Translations under genes and position numbers: made by a program | The notes under the pieces: generated by a model | Seen by the model: only the letters and a program-made list of their open reading frames with translations | Databases searched by the model: none | What the model was told of the DNA's origin: nothing | In this document: positions 32,041 to 43,855 of the stretch, in pieces | How positions within the stretch are numbered: position 1 is the first letter of the stretch | Layout of the letters: every line of letters starts with the position of its first letter | Assembly (NCBI GenBank): GCA_943704425.1 | Contig: CALSCP010001405.1 | Coordinates: forward strand, 25,176 to 84,636 | Length of the DNA: 59,461 bases | Direction of reading: 5' to 3' | Source: Ministeria vibrans ATCC 50519 | Taxonomy: Eukaryota; Protista; Filasterea

Positions 32041-32120
<80 letters not shown>
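32041..32120. repeat. (GA)n microsatellite
   Basis: Directly visible. Confidence 0.95.
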
Positions 32121-32126
<6 letters not shown>

Positions 32127-32621
32127 CTAACAATTCAACACTTCGTTCAAATCTGTCTCACCTGCTGGCGCGCTCTTGTCATCAGTTTGTGCCATTGCTG
32201 GGCGACCACGTCCTTTGAAGAATTTCCGCAGCCTGCCAGTTTGTTCAAAAATCTGATTAAAAAAAAGCAGTCAATCTTTCTCAATCTGATCAGTAGAAGA
32301 AAAGTGTTAAGTGACGCTCACTAAAACAGCTCAAAACAACCATCATTCATCGAGGCAATTTATTAACTTATTAAGACAATTTATTAAATATCAAGATACC
32401 GAGTGCAGAAGCATCGAGAGGGAGCAAAACTAATTTAATTTGGACAGACTCTCAAGTGACACAATAACAATAAGAAAATAAAATACTTATAGAGAATCGA
32501 GAGGTACTCAATGTCAAAACAAGGCTATCTATATACACAACAAAGAGCAGCGCAATACTTCCACCGTAGACTCTAAGAACCAGATACACCATAGCCTATT
32601 TGTCAGTGAGTGTGACACTGA

Positions 32622-32661
<40 letters not shown>

Positions 32662-32785
32662 TGTTACAAGTTAAGAACCTTTAACCAAACTGTACTATTA
32701 AATCAGAAATTGTATAGTCGGTGGTGGCCTCTTAAGAGAGAACGATTGGTCAAAATAAAGAATAAAACAGAGATGAATAATGTAT

Positions 32786-33765
32786 TTAACACATGTGTCC
32801 GGCTGGAATGACCACAGCGACCAAGTCGTTGTTAGGCATGGCAGTGTCGGCAACAAAGGCATGCCCTTGCTTGTAGTTGTCGTTGTCGGTGAGGTAGGCG
32901 GTGAGAGGCAGGCCGTCTGCAGCACGCACAACGAGAGCGAGTGTGGCACCCTGCGTGATGGGCACGTCGCCCATGGGCCAGGTAAAGACATGGGCAAAGT
33001 CGTCGGGAGTCACCATAGCCGTTGTGTTGGTGCCCAGCTGTTTTCCACTGGGTGACCCCTCGTGGATGGATGCCACCACCTTGATGGGCTCGGTTGTACC
33101 CGGTCGTGTCAAGAGCGCCTTGACGCCCACCACGGCCATCTGGTGGTCCAGCACCACAAAGGTCTGAGCAAAGTAGGCGGCACTCACGGTCGCGTGGTGT
33201 GCATCGGAGTCAAACCCAGGCGCATCCTTGGGCGGGTCGTTGAAGGTGCCGTCGTTGGCATCGTAGTGGTAGGAGGGTCGGTTCGGCGTGCCCACATAGC
33301 CGCCGGGCAGACGCAGATAGTGGAATTCCCACGCGTAGTGGCCACTCTGCGAGCAGCACTGCCAGATGCAAGCATCCGTATCCCCGATGTACCTGTGCAC
33401 AAGGAGACACGGGGTTTGTACATTGGTGGGATGACACCACAAATCAATCCCAAAGTGTACCTGTAGTCCACTGAGGGGTCGTAGATGCGAAACGAATAGG
33501 GTGCGTCGCCGCTAAAGGTCACGAGGGCATGGCCAGTGGCATCGGGGGTGCCGTAGAAGGCCGTGGCGTTGTGGGCGGCGTCGGTGAAGCCAGTTTTGGC
33601 GGGGACTGTGCCGTCGATGTCATGCAACCACAAGTCGGCGCGTGAGCCCGCATGCACCGTCATGTGCTTCCCAAGCTGACGGGCATACGTCATTACCCAT
33701 ATCTCCGCGCCGAGGGTCGACGTGAGAGTCAGGGCGAGGCAGAGGGAACTGAATAAGCGAGACAT
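32786..33765 (-). CDS. Secreted beta-rich protein of unknown function. Exons 33765-33461 and 33392-32786
   Basis: Signal peptide MSRLFSSLCLALTLTSTLGA. A 68-bp GT-AG intron joins two ORFs in frame. C-terminal FAQTF...beta-sandwich-like domain. Confidence 0.75.
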
Positions 33766-34011
33766 GAACCAAAAAAAATAATCTGAGATAATGTAGATAA
33801 GATTATTCGTTCGAGTTGATCCATGAGAGGTCCTGTTGATCACGAAAAGTGTACAAAAAGCTCTCTGCAGCAAGCCTCTGGCCTACGTACTACGTAGTAC
33901 ATACTAGCTACTACTAATTACTCTCGTCTAGCTACGACCTACGATGAGAAAGACATAATAATTATTACTACATTAAAAGAGTTAATTCATTTATTTTGAT
34001 ACTCTTTTGAT

Positions 34012-36608
34012 ATGTACACCCATCACTCGTCCTCAGTATCCACAACATTCCCTGCTAGCTACTCGTATGTGGGTGCAACGTCGTCGTCGTCGTCGTCGGT
34101 GTCGCCGCTCCGATCGTCAATGTCGTCTTTGAGCCATCGGCCGACATTCAACTCGGTTCCTTCCTCGCTCTCCTACACCCAGAGTGCGCGACCCACCCTG
34201 TACAATGGCCACACTGCCTACACGTCATCCAATGTGACGCTGCCGTTCCTGCCGGGAAACTCCTTTTCGCCAGTATGCTCAAAAACATGTTGGTCACCAT
34301 GGAAACACGTTTGTACAATAGACGGGACGCGACGACTATCGACGACCACAACTGTGCAACTATGCCAATGAAGAACGTGTGGTCAAGCACGGCAACGCCG
34401 GAGCGCCAACAAGCTCGTATCCTCGCGGTGGAGGAGCTGCAACTGTGCCTTCCTGGCTTGCTTTTGACGGTCAAGTACGTAACAATTATACTTATGTCCA
34501 TTAATATTCACATGCACGTGCACATGTACTCACATGCGTGCGCGAGTGTATATAAATTAAACCGCTATATATTTATCTTCTACGCGTACTGTCATCTTTA
34601 GGTGCTTCGTTTTTACGCACATTCGGTTGAGCCACTCTCGGGCGATTCGACGTATCGTGTCCGGAACGTTATCATTCTCTTTTACCTTGAAGACGACACC
34701 ATTCAAATCAATGAACCTCGCGTCGAAGACTCCGGTGCTCTTCAGGTAGAAAACAAATTTCAATGAGAAAGACATTGTTTATAATTTTAATTTATATACT
34801 TTTTATATAATTTATATATTTTAGGGTACCATTTTGAAACGCCATCGCGTTCCCAAAGACGTCTCGGCACGCACTGCAATTGACGCGCCAGACGCCCACT
34901 ACACTATCCGCGACTTCAATGTGGGCGCCACTCTGGTCCTCTACTCGCGTTCTTACAAACTCAACGATTGCGACGAGTTTACCCGCTCCTTCCTGAGTAC
35001 ACTTGGCAAGGAGGTCCCTGCCCCTCAATCCGTGCCACTTGATCCGTCCACAACGCACCGCCAAAACACTCGCGCAAGCTTAAGCATGACCACCTCCACG
35101 CGACATAGTACACGCGAGAGCACCGACACTCTTGGCCAGTTTCTCAAACATGATCGTCAAGTCCTCCGGTCAGAACGAACAATTTCTATTAATATTGTTT
35201 TATTCTTATTGTTCTTATTGTTTTAATATTCTTCTTGTTCCGACTATTGTTTTTATTATTCCTTATTATACTATTAAAACCATTCTGGTTGTGATAATAA
35301 TAATAATTATAATAATACAATGACGTACTTTATGATTAGGTTTTTCGGGGAGTGGAACGACACACAGCTATACGGAGACACACACTCCCTGGTGATCATG
35401 TACTACCTTGCAGACGACACGGTAGAAGTGGTTGAGCCTGCGCGCAGTGCCGTTAGCACTGCGACCAGTCGCGTGTTTCTGTCGCGTCAGAAATTGCCGC
35501 GAAACGCGTCGCAAACACGCACGAGACTCGATTTTTCAGTGTCGGCCGTCAATGAGTTCTACCGACACACCGATTTTGTTTTGGGCGAAACCATTGATGT
35601 CTTTGGGCGCTCGGTGCGTCTCTTGGATGCAGACGCCTTTACGCGCTCTTTCTACCGCGAAAACTACAACACGTAAGAAAACAAACGTCAAATATATAAA
35701 TAATTTTCGTTTGTGATTGATAATAAATTGGAAATGTCTTCTTCTTCTTCTTCTAAATAATTAATGACGTTTTACCGTTCATTGTAAACCTTTAATGATC
35801 TACAACTTAAAGTCGCTTTAAATTTATAATATTTTTTTGACATCTAACTTCTACTCTGAATAATATTAATTATTAGTGATCTTTCCGCGGGACTCACTCG
35901 CACTGCAACCGTTCAAGACGCTCGGAACCCACAGAGTAGCACCGCGACTAGCGTGTCGCATGATCTTCCGCCCCACAATGGATTCGGCGATCCTCGTGAT
36001 GCCGCTGGCTCCTGCGTGGGTCTTGTGCCCAAACCACCCAAACGTGACTTTAAGAAGTTACTCGAAAAAGAAGGACAGGTAGAAAACAATTCAATTAGTG
36101 TCGTTGATTTGGTTTCTGTTCAATATGGTGTACATGTAATTAATTATAATGATGTGTGCTAATCTTCATCATAATTATATGCCCTTGTGGATCTTCCTCC
36201 TGTACATATGTTCTGCTATAATATTTTGATTCATGATATGCGACCAACTTGTGCTTATTCGCGATTGTACAAAAAAAAACTAATAATGCATTAAATTTGT
36301 AGATTCTGCGATTCAGCGCGAAAATCCAAAGCGCGCGCAACGAGATTGACCGGGAGCGACGGTTTATTGTGTCGTACTATCTCAACGACGACACCATTGC
36401 AGTGTACGAGCAGGCACAGCGCAATTCGGGTCTGACAGGTGGAAAGTACTTTCGCCGCAGAGCCCTGAAGAAGCCAACGGGCGATCCCTTTGATTCGGTA
36501 TTTTACACGCCAACCGACCTGTACTCTGGTGCGGTGCTTGACGTGGAAGGAGTGTATTTTGAATTGTTGGAGCCTGATGCGTATTCGCAGAAGTTGATTT
36601 CGGAGTGA
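34012..36608 (+). CDS. EFHC: EFHC1/EFHC2/Rib72 axonemal protein with three DM10 domains
   Basis: LPFLPGNSF, PSWLAFDGQ|VLRF, YLEDDTIQINEP, YYLADDTVEVVE, PPHNGFG...SC..LVPKPPKRD, SYYLNDDTIAVYE...NSGLTGGKY. Confidence 0.88.
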
Positions 36609-37023
36609 AGGAAAGAATTTTATTATTTTAGAGCACATTTCCAATTGTTCTTTTTCAACTATAATTACAATCAATTACAAACGAAAATCAAAAACACAAA
36701 CAGATAGAGCCATCTATATAATAATAATAGGTACAATAAGATAATAATTATAATACTATCATTATTATTATGATTATTACTCCGCGTGTCTGGGCTTAGC
36801 CATCCAGGGCTTGAAGCGCCCGAGTTGGCTGTTGGAGGGTATCAGCACTCTCAGCAGTCAGATGGGTTGTGGAATGTCCGAGTGAGTGAGAGAGAGAAAG
36901 AGTTGAGTCATCGTCTTCAAATTGCTAAGCAATGACAAATTGACACAAAATTAATCATTCATTTTTCATACTCTGCTTCCCCGTCGCATCGGGTCGCACT
37001 CGCCCTCGCCCGTATCTGCTTCG

Positions 37024-38647
37024 ATGAGTCTGGAGCGCGCACCACGCGGATCGAAGCGGTACTGCCCTCCGCAATCCCTTAAAAGCCCAAAAGCCCAAAG
37101 TCCCTCTCCCCATCAGACACACTTCCCCTTTTGCGCCCCTCTCCTCTCTCTCTCTCTCTGTCTCTCTCTCTCCTCCATCCCATCCCGTCTCGTCTCCCCT
37201 GCCCCCTTTCGCTTCCCCCCACCCCCCCTTGCGACTGCGTAAACCTCCAAGGCACTCCCTCGTGTCGTTCCTTTGCTCTAATCCGTTCTGTTCGTGTCGT
37301 GTTTCACCAAATCGTTAAAAAAAAAAAAAAAACGTCTTCGTCTCGTGCAAACAAAAAAAGTGTCGCTCAAACCGTTTTTTTTTTTCGGTTCCTGTAGATT
37401 GCGCGAATGCGAAGACTCCGAGCCGGCACAACACGATGCTGCAGTGAATGTGGCGACGAAGCGAAGAAGAGGACAGGGCGCAGTGGACGTAAACGCGTTG
37501 AGTTCAAAAACGGTTTTTTCCCTCATTTCGTCCGTTTTGCTCTTCTTGTGTTGTGCATTGTGCCATAGGCCACATCGAACGGACACCAATCCGATGAGAG
37601 CAACGGCAAGGGGGCAGCGAAGCCTGCAAGCGAGGCCAAGGGGCCAAAGACGACGAGCGACAGCAAGGCGAGCAAGGCAGCGACCCGCTCAGACGCAGCA
37701 TCGCCGCTCAGCGAGTGCAATCACGACCGCCGAGAGCGTCTCATGCGCGATTACCACGATCGCAAGGCCGAGCGCGATCAGGGCCACATTGCTCCTTCCT
37801 CGTCGACACACGCGCAACGCACTCCCAACGCAAGCAACTCCAACAACAGCGCGCCATCTTCCACCCAAGCTCCTGCCTCATCCAGTGCCACCGCAACAGC
37901 TACCACAGCAGCAGCCAAGGGCGGCTCAGCTGCCACCAACACATCGACTTCGTCACAACTAAACACGGATGGAAAATACGACGAAAAGGACGGGCACTAC
38001 AAAGTGCTCCTTGGCGAGCGCATTGGTCGAAGATGTCAGTCACAACTCCTACTAGGCGTGTTTTTCTCACTTTGTATTTGTTTGTTTCTTCCTGTCGTTC
38101 TATCACTTTGCTTCTTTCTTCCGTTCTCTCTCCCTATTTGTTTCTTTTCGCCCTCCTTTCTCTATCTTTATCTATCTCTCTCTCTCAGATTTGGTTGAGT
38201 CGCATCTTGGCGCAGGCACGTTTGGTCGTGTTGTGTCTACTTTTGATTTGGAGACTGGGAAAGATGGTAGAAAAGAAACGAGAATAGAACGAATTGTTTT
38301 CATTTTGTTGTATTGTGTTAGTGGCCATCAAAATCATTCGAAATGTGCCTAAATATCGACACGCGGCCAAGATTGAAATATCAATTCTGCAGAATATTGC
38401 GAGTCGTGATCGAACGGGCGCTCAGTAAGAGAATTATGTGGTTTTATAAAAGCTGTGGTGTAACCCGAATAATGTATAGCTCGTGCGTGCGTCTTCTCGA
38501 CTGTTTCGACTACCGACGACACATTTGCATGTTGTTTGATGTGTTTGGTCCGTCACTCTACGACTTCCTCGAGACACACGGCTTTCAACCCTTTCACTTT
38601 TCCGATGTATTGGCCATTGGGCATCAGATTTTTGATGCATGTGACTG
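37024..38647 (+). CDS. CLK: CLK/LAMMER dual-specificity kinase, 5' portion; truncated before the gap at 38761
   Basis: DEKDGHY, LGAGTFGRV, VAIKIIRNVPKYRHAAKIEI, FDYRRHICM, GPSLYDFL...FQPF. RS-like N-terminus. Start codon uncertain. Confidence 0.82.
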
Positions 38648-38769
38648 TAAGTTACTATGACTTTTGTTGAGTTACTGTGTGCTAGCATTGTGTATTTTGG
38701 AATTATTTATGTTTGAATGGGATTGATTGTACTCTGTGTGTGAATGGGAGTAATCTTAATNNNNNNNNN

Positions 38770-39490
38770 AATTAAACGCCACTATAAATGCAATAATATT
38801 AGATGCAATAATGCTATGGGCTTTGGCAAAGGGTTCCAGCTTAGGGTGGGGCGCACGGATAATTGGAAGGGCGGAAGGGCGCCGCGCCGCCCATGCCGTT
38901 GCGGGTGGGTCGCACGCGCACGGTGAATTGGTGCACTGCTGGACGGAGAGAACGGAATCTTTTTTTCCTTGTCTTTTTTTAAAAAACAATCCAAGTTGTT
39001 GACGAGGGAAAAATGACTGCATAGAGACGCGACGCAGTTGCTTTTATGGAGTGAGAGTGCAGGAAAAGCGAGAGGCGCTGCAGCGAGCTCCGTGGGAGCA
39101 ATCAGAGCAGAGTTCGGGGAAAGTTTTGCCTTCGTCATAGAAAAATCTCGAAGCAACAAACAGGGGGGGAAGGCGGGGGCCGTTGGGATGCACGCGTACC
39201 TTTGAGCGAGGAGTAACACCGCCCAGTACGCGGGGCTTGGCCGAGCCATCGGCCAGTTCCGCCTTGCCCAGAGCGTGGTCGGCCTCGTCGAGAGTCGTGC
39301 CACGACGAACCTTGCTCGCTCGCTTGGTTGCGCGCTTGGCAAACGAGTCTAACTTGCTCGAGGACGTCGGACTGTCAAGAGCATTGCCAAGAGACTGGCT
39401 GCGCTGAGGCAGAGCCACTGATTTTCGCGAGGATGTGCTTGGCTTGCTCGTTTCAGTCAGCGTTGCCACTCTCTTAGATTCGCGCCCCAT
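38770..39490 (-). CDS. 5' fragment of an unknown protein, running into the gap
   Basis: S/K/R-rich ORF MGRESKRV...TPRSK followed by a GT donor, with a further probable exon toward the gap. No family recognised. Confidence 0.35.
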
Positions 39491-39932
39491 CTCGTCGCAA
39501 AAGGGGTGTTAAGCAGACGAATACAAAAAGGGGGTGAGGAGACGCTGGATCAGGAAAGGAAGCGTGCAATCCTAGAGGTGAACTAATTAGAAGAAGAAGA
39601 AGACAACTAATTATTTTGAAATTGTCTTTGATGATTATCTTTATTGTTTTGAATTTTGAGACTCTGCGATAATGCCCCGACAATGTGACTCACATCACAC
39701 CCACTCAAGTGAGATAGCTCTAATTTCTAATTTTCTATACTCCAATAATCTATGGGCGCTACGGACTACCCAGCGCTTTGTGTGTTCTTTGGAGTGTGTC
39801 CTCAGTGAGTCGATCGGAAGCGTTATACACAAGTGAAAGAATAATTGTGCTCAATAATTTATGCGTTCTACTTCTTCTTCTAAAAAAATCAATGCATTCT
39901 TCTTCACAATAAAGACACAATTGCTTTAAGTG

Positions 39933-39967
<35 letters not shown>

Positions 39968-40085
39968 AAAAAGACATGTTTCCGTTCCCTCCCTCTCAAT
40001 GCTCATGCGACTCGAAATTGGATGTGTTGTCGCTGTTCGCCTTGTGACAACAAACTGAAACCAATGGATAATATTATTTTCTTCT

Positions 40086-41350
40086 TTACTTGGTTCGGTC
40101 AGTGAGTAGCTTTGTAAGTGAATAGGTGGTGGCGGCGTCGACAATGGAGCAACGGATGGAAGCGTTTGACTTGTCACAAATGGCTTGGAAGAAGGCGTCA
40201 TCCTCACTGAGGTAGGGGTCGTCATCGGGAAAGGGAAAGACCACGTCGGAGTCGTTGGGGCCCACACGAACCTGCACACGACAGCGGTCGTTGTAGGGAT
40301 CAAGCAGCCGAATGCGGAGACCGTCGGCCCACACCTCCAGTGACGCTTCGTACTCAAGACCTTGCAGGAGAAGCGCATGCGACAGCGACACAACAGTGCC
40401 CGTGGACATGCGCCAGGTGGCGAGCGTCGCGCGAGGCAACCGGTGCTCCTGTGGCACTGTCGACTCATCAACAGACATCTCAGGCACGCGCGCAAGAGGC
40501 GGTGCGACATGTGCGCCAATGGATACGCCACTGACTGACTCCTCGACAACATGCGCGTCGGGGCCGCACAAGTGCAGTGCCAAATCAACAAAATGGGTTG
40601 CCTACAAATATATTGGCGTCTCTTGCTTTTTCCAAGCCAATACACTGATTGCTGAAGGTACTACCTGCTCGACGATGGGTCCACCAGACATGCGTGCGTC
40701 CCACCAGAAGTGGTGGGGAATAGTATGGTACGCACAATTGTACGTCATGTTGATAGCCAGTGGCAGTCCCTCTGCTGCGTGTTCTTGCACCAGCTGCCGT
40801 ACTTTAGCAACTGCTTTCAGATACCGCATCATGTAGCCAACGGAAACCACAAGTGACCGAGAGTCGGCGAGATCTTGTACGCTCTTGGCGTACTGCACAG
40901 CCTCGGCGCCAGACGCCGCCGAGATGGGCTTCTCAACAAAAACATGTGCTCCCGCCTGGAGAATGGCCAGCTCGACAGGATGGTCCGCGTCGCCGTGTTG
41001 CGATGGCGGCAGTCCAACAAACACAGCCTACACACAAAGCAGGCGCGAGGGGTTAGGTATGGACGTTAGGGTTCGCCCGTTCGCCGTGCCTCTGGCTTGG
41101 TTGCCGCCAGCATATCACGGTAGTCTGTGAAGCACGCACAATGGCTGTACATCTCTCCTGTGGTGACGCTCCTTCTTCGGGCGGCCAGCGTTGCCTCCGC
41201 ACGGCCCTGCATGGCGTCTACCAAAGCAACAATGGAAATTTCAAACTTGCCAGACGAATTCAGCTGTTCCAGTCGTGTTGCATGGTCCCAGGGTGATCCT
41301 TCAACACCACCAAAGTTGACAGCGCCACATCCAATGAACGCAACGCGCAT
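40086..41350 (-). CDS. Gfo/Idh/MocA family oxidoreductase, 3 exons
   Basis: MRVAFIGCGAVNFG, AVFVGLPP, HVFVEKP, VGYMMRY, SGGPIVEQ|ATHFVDL. Confidence 0.9.
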
Positions 41351-41979
41351 ACTACTAAAAGTTGACTAGTCAATAAAAATAATGAAGACTGATCACTGAA
41401 CTTACTGAGAGTAAAACTCAAGACCGAATTTTTATTATTATTATAGACACTACTCATTTATTACTCAAAAGTCAAAAGTTAAAAGTGACAATTTATTACA
41501 AAACCGAACTTTTTACTCGTCAAACTCAAAACCAAACTTTTTCAATCAAACTTTTTTTTCCCGATTCGGACCCAAAGCGAGCGCTTGCTCAACTAACAAG
41601 TGACATTTGGCGCTACATGCCTCGGCCTTGTGTCCGAGAAGTGTCCGAAGCCTTCGCAGGCGCGACACCGAATGCGGCGCGAGCGGGATCCGTTGCGCCC
41701 ATGTCGTTGAAGGGAATACGAATAGACCTATTACGTACCGCTATGAATATATAAAATTAATAGTACAGTAATAATAATAATAAAAAATAATTATTTATTA
41801 TTATTAGAATTATAAGAGGATTAGAAGTCGCACAGTTTAAGGAGTGCTTCGAGCGCCGCCAGTCGTGTAGGAAAGTGAAATACACACACATACAATTCTT
41901 TTACTTTGTACAGCAGAGTGTGGTTCACAAGTTACAGCAAGAGAGAAGGACATCGCACGCCACCATATCATCAAGCAGA

Positions 41980-42142
41980 ATGACGCAACTTGTTGAGACG
42001 CCGTCGTCTCCAGTCAATGATGCGAGAGCGGAGAATAAGAAAGAGAGCGAGGAAGAAGAGGGGAAGGACACAAAGGAGAACGGGGTGTTCGTGGAAGTAG
42101 AGTGCGGCCAATTGTACGACATACTGAACCTTTACAGACATT
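41980..42142 (+). CDS. Probable first exon of a truncated gene, weakly like the STYXL1/rhodanese N-terminus
   Basis: MTQLVETP...EVECGQLYDILNLYRH followed by a GT donor. No convincing continuation before the 42350 junction. Confidence 0.3.
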
Positions 42143-42403
42143 TGTCAGTACTACACATCACATACATTATACGCCTTTTGCTCTTATATTATTATTACCT
42201 CCGTTTTTAACGACAATTTGCTCTCTCCTCGCACTCGATCCACAAATTTGTAGGGAATCTCAGACATGCGCGCAAATCGGCACTTAACAAGCAGCTCAAG
42301 TGCAATTTTAAAGCCCTGCAGTAAATAAAAGAGTGCATTTTTTTTTTAAAAAAAAAAATTAATAATAATAATAATAATAATAATTAATTATAATCGGTAC
42401 ACG

Positions 42404-43370
42404 TACAAGTGGATTGAGTCCAACCGAGTCATAGTGACACGACTTGAGCCTCATTGCAAAGAAGCCTGACATGGGATCGGAGACGGAGACAAGAGGACGC
42501 GCCAGCAGAGTCGCCGTGTAGCTAATGAGCCGACGGTGAAAGGGCCACTGCAAAGGCGCGTGGTGAGTCGAAGAGATCAAGAGGTGAAAAATCGACCGCG
42601 GACCTTTTGGATGGCCGCACGATTCATATAGCGCGATGCCATGGTAAAGTCAGCACTGCCCGAGAGAACATCTTTGACAAGGGCAGGCAGGGCCACAGGC
42701 GGATGAGACAAGTCGGCGTCCATCACCACAACGATTTCTTCGTGTGCATCACGAAGACCATCCAACACGGAGTGTGACAGGCCGCGGGGCACGTTGCGTC
42801 GTACAATTGCGCGTACATTGTAATCCATACGGAGGCCATGCACAATCTCTTCCGTGCCATCCTGTGAGTCGTCGTCCACGATGATCAGCTCCACCTCCAG
42901 ATCGTTGCTCTGACTTGTCCTGTTGAAAACCCCAAAGCATCGGCTCGTCCTTTCCATCCTTCCTTGTTCACTTACTCAAAGACCGCCTTGACGAGCACCT
43001 CGATGTTCTCTGCCTCTTTGTACGTTGGCACTACAATGGATATCTGTTTCAAATGTGTGTGAGTTTGACATCGTCCCATCGGAGCGCATACCCTGCGCGG
43101 CAGCTCGGCCAGTGGCCGGGGCAATGGATGCCGTCCAAAGCCAAAAGTGTACACGAGCACAGTCGCACATACAAACAGAATGCAGGGCAACAGCTACACA
43201 CAATCGCATTGCAGTCGGTCAGAAAAAAAAAAAAAAAAAGAGCATCAACGCACATAGTAAGAGACAACGGAGGCAAGGCTGTCATCGTCGGTGTCGTCCC
43301 ATCGCCGTGATCCAGGCACGGATCTCGCTCCCTTCGGGCCATACCCGATGCGTCGCTGAGGTGGCAGCAT
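42404..43370 (-). CDS. DPM1: DPM1-like dolichol-phosphate mannosyltransferase (GT2) with an N-terminal TM helix; 3' end missing
   Basis: ISIVVPTYKEAEN, IIVDDDSQDGT, RGLS, VMDADLSHPP, SRY, WPFHRRLIS, SDPMSGFF. Confidence 0.8.
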
Positions 43371-43780
43371 TGTTCGCACAAAAATTATTAACAATAGTAA
43401 TTATTATTCCCGAAATTGTTACACTAACCCGTGCTCCATCCTTGATCGTTCTTTGGACTGAGCACTTACTACTTACTACAACAACTAGCTACTAGTAAGA
43501 ACAGTTTGAAGGGTAATGAATTATGAAAGCGCACACTGCACTGAAATGCAAAGCAATGGCGATCAGTGGCGATTGATGAATTATTATGACGTGTGGCGGT
43601 TTGTGCAAGTTTTTGCAAGACCCAAGAACCTTGCATTTCTTTGTATTGGGCCCATACACTGGCACGTGGGCATGCAGGACTACGGCATTGCCGCAGCAAG
43701 TGTCATTTGGCTTATTCTAGCCACCCCTACCTAACAGCCTCGCAACAGCGCCCTTGTGCCTATTCCGTGGGGTTTCGTCT

Positions 43781-43813
<33 letters not shown>

Positions 43814-43855
43814 TTTTTTTTTCAGAGTTGATAATAATATCTTCCCATTCTGCAG

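Noticed and set aside
36800-36830. tRNA-Sec on the minus strand (CTTCAA in a stem-loop)
   Set aside because: No acceptor, D or T arms and no TTC T-loop.
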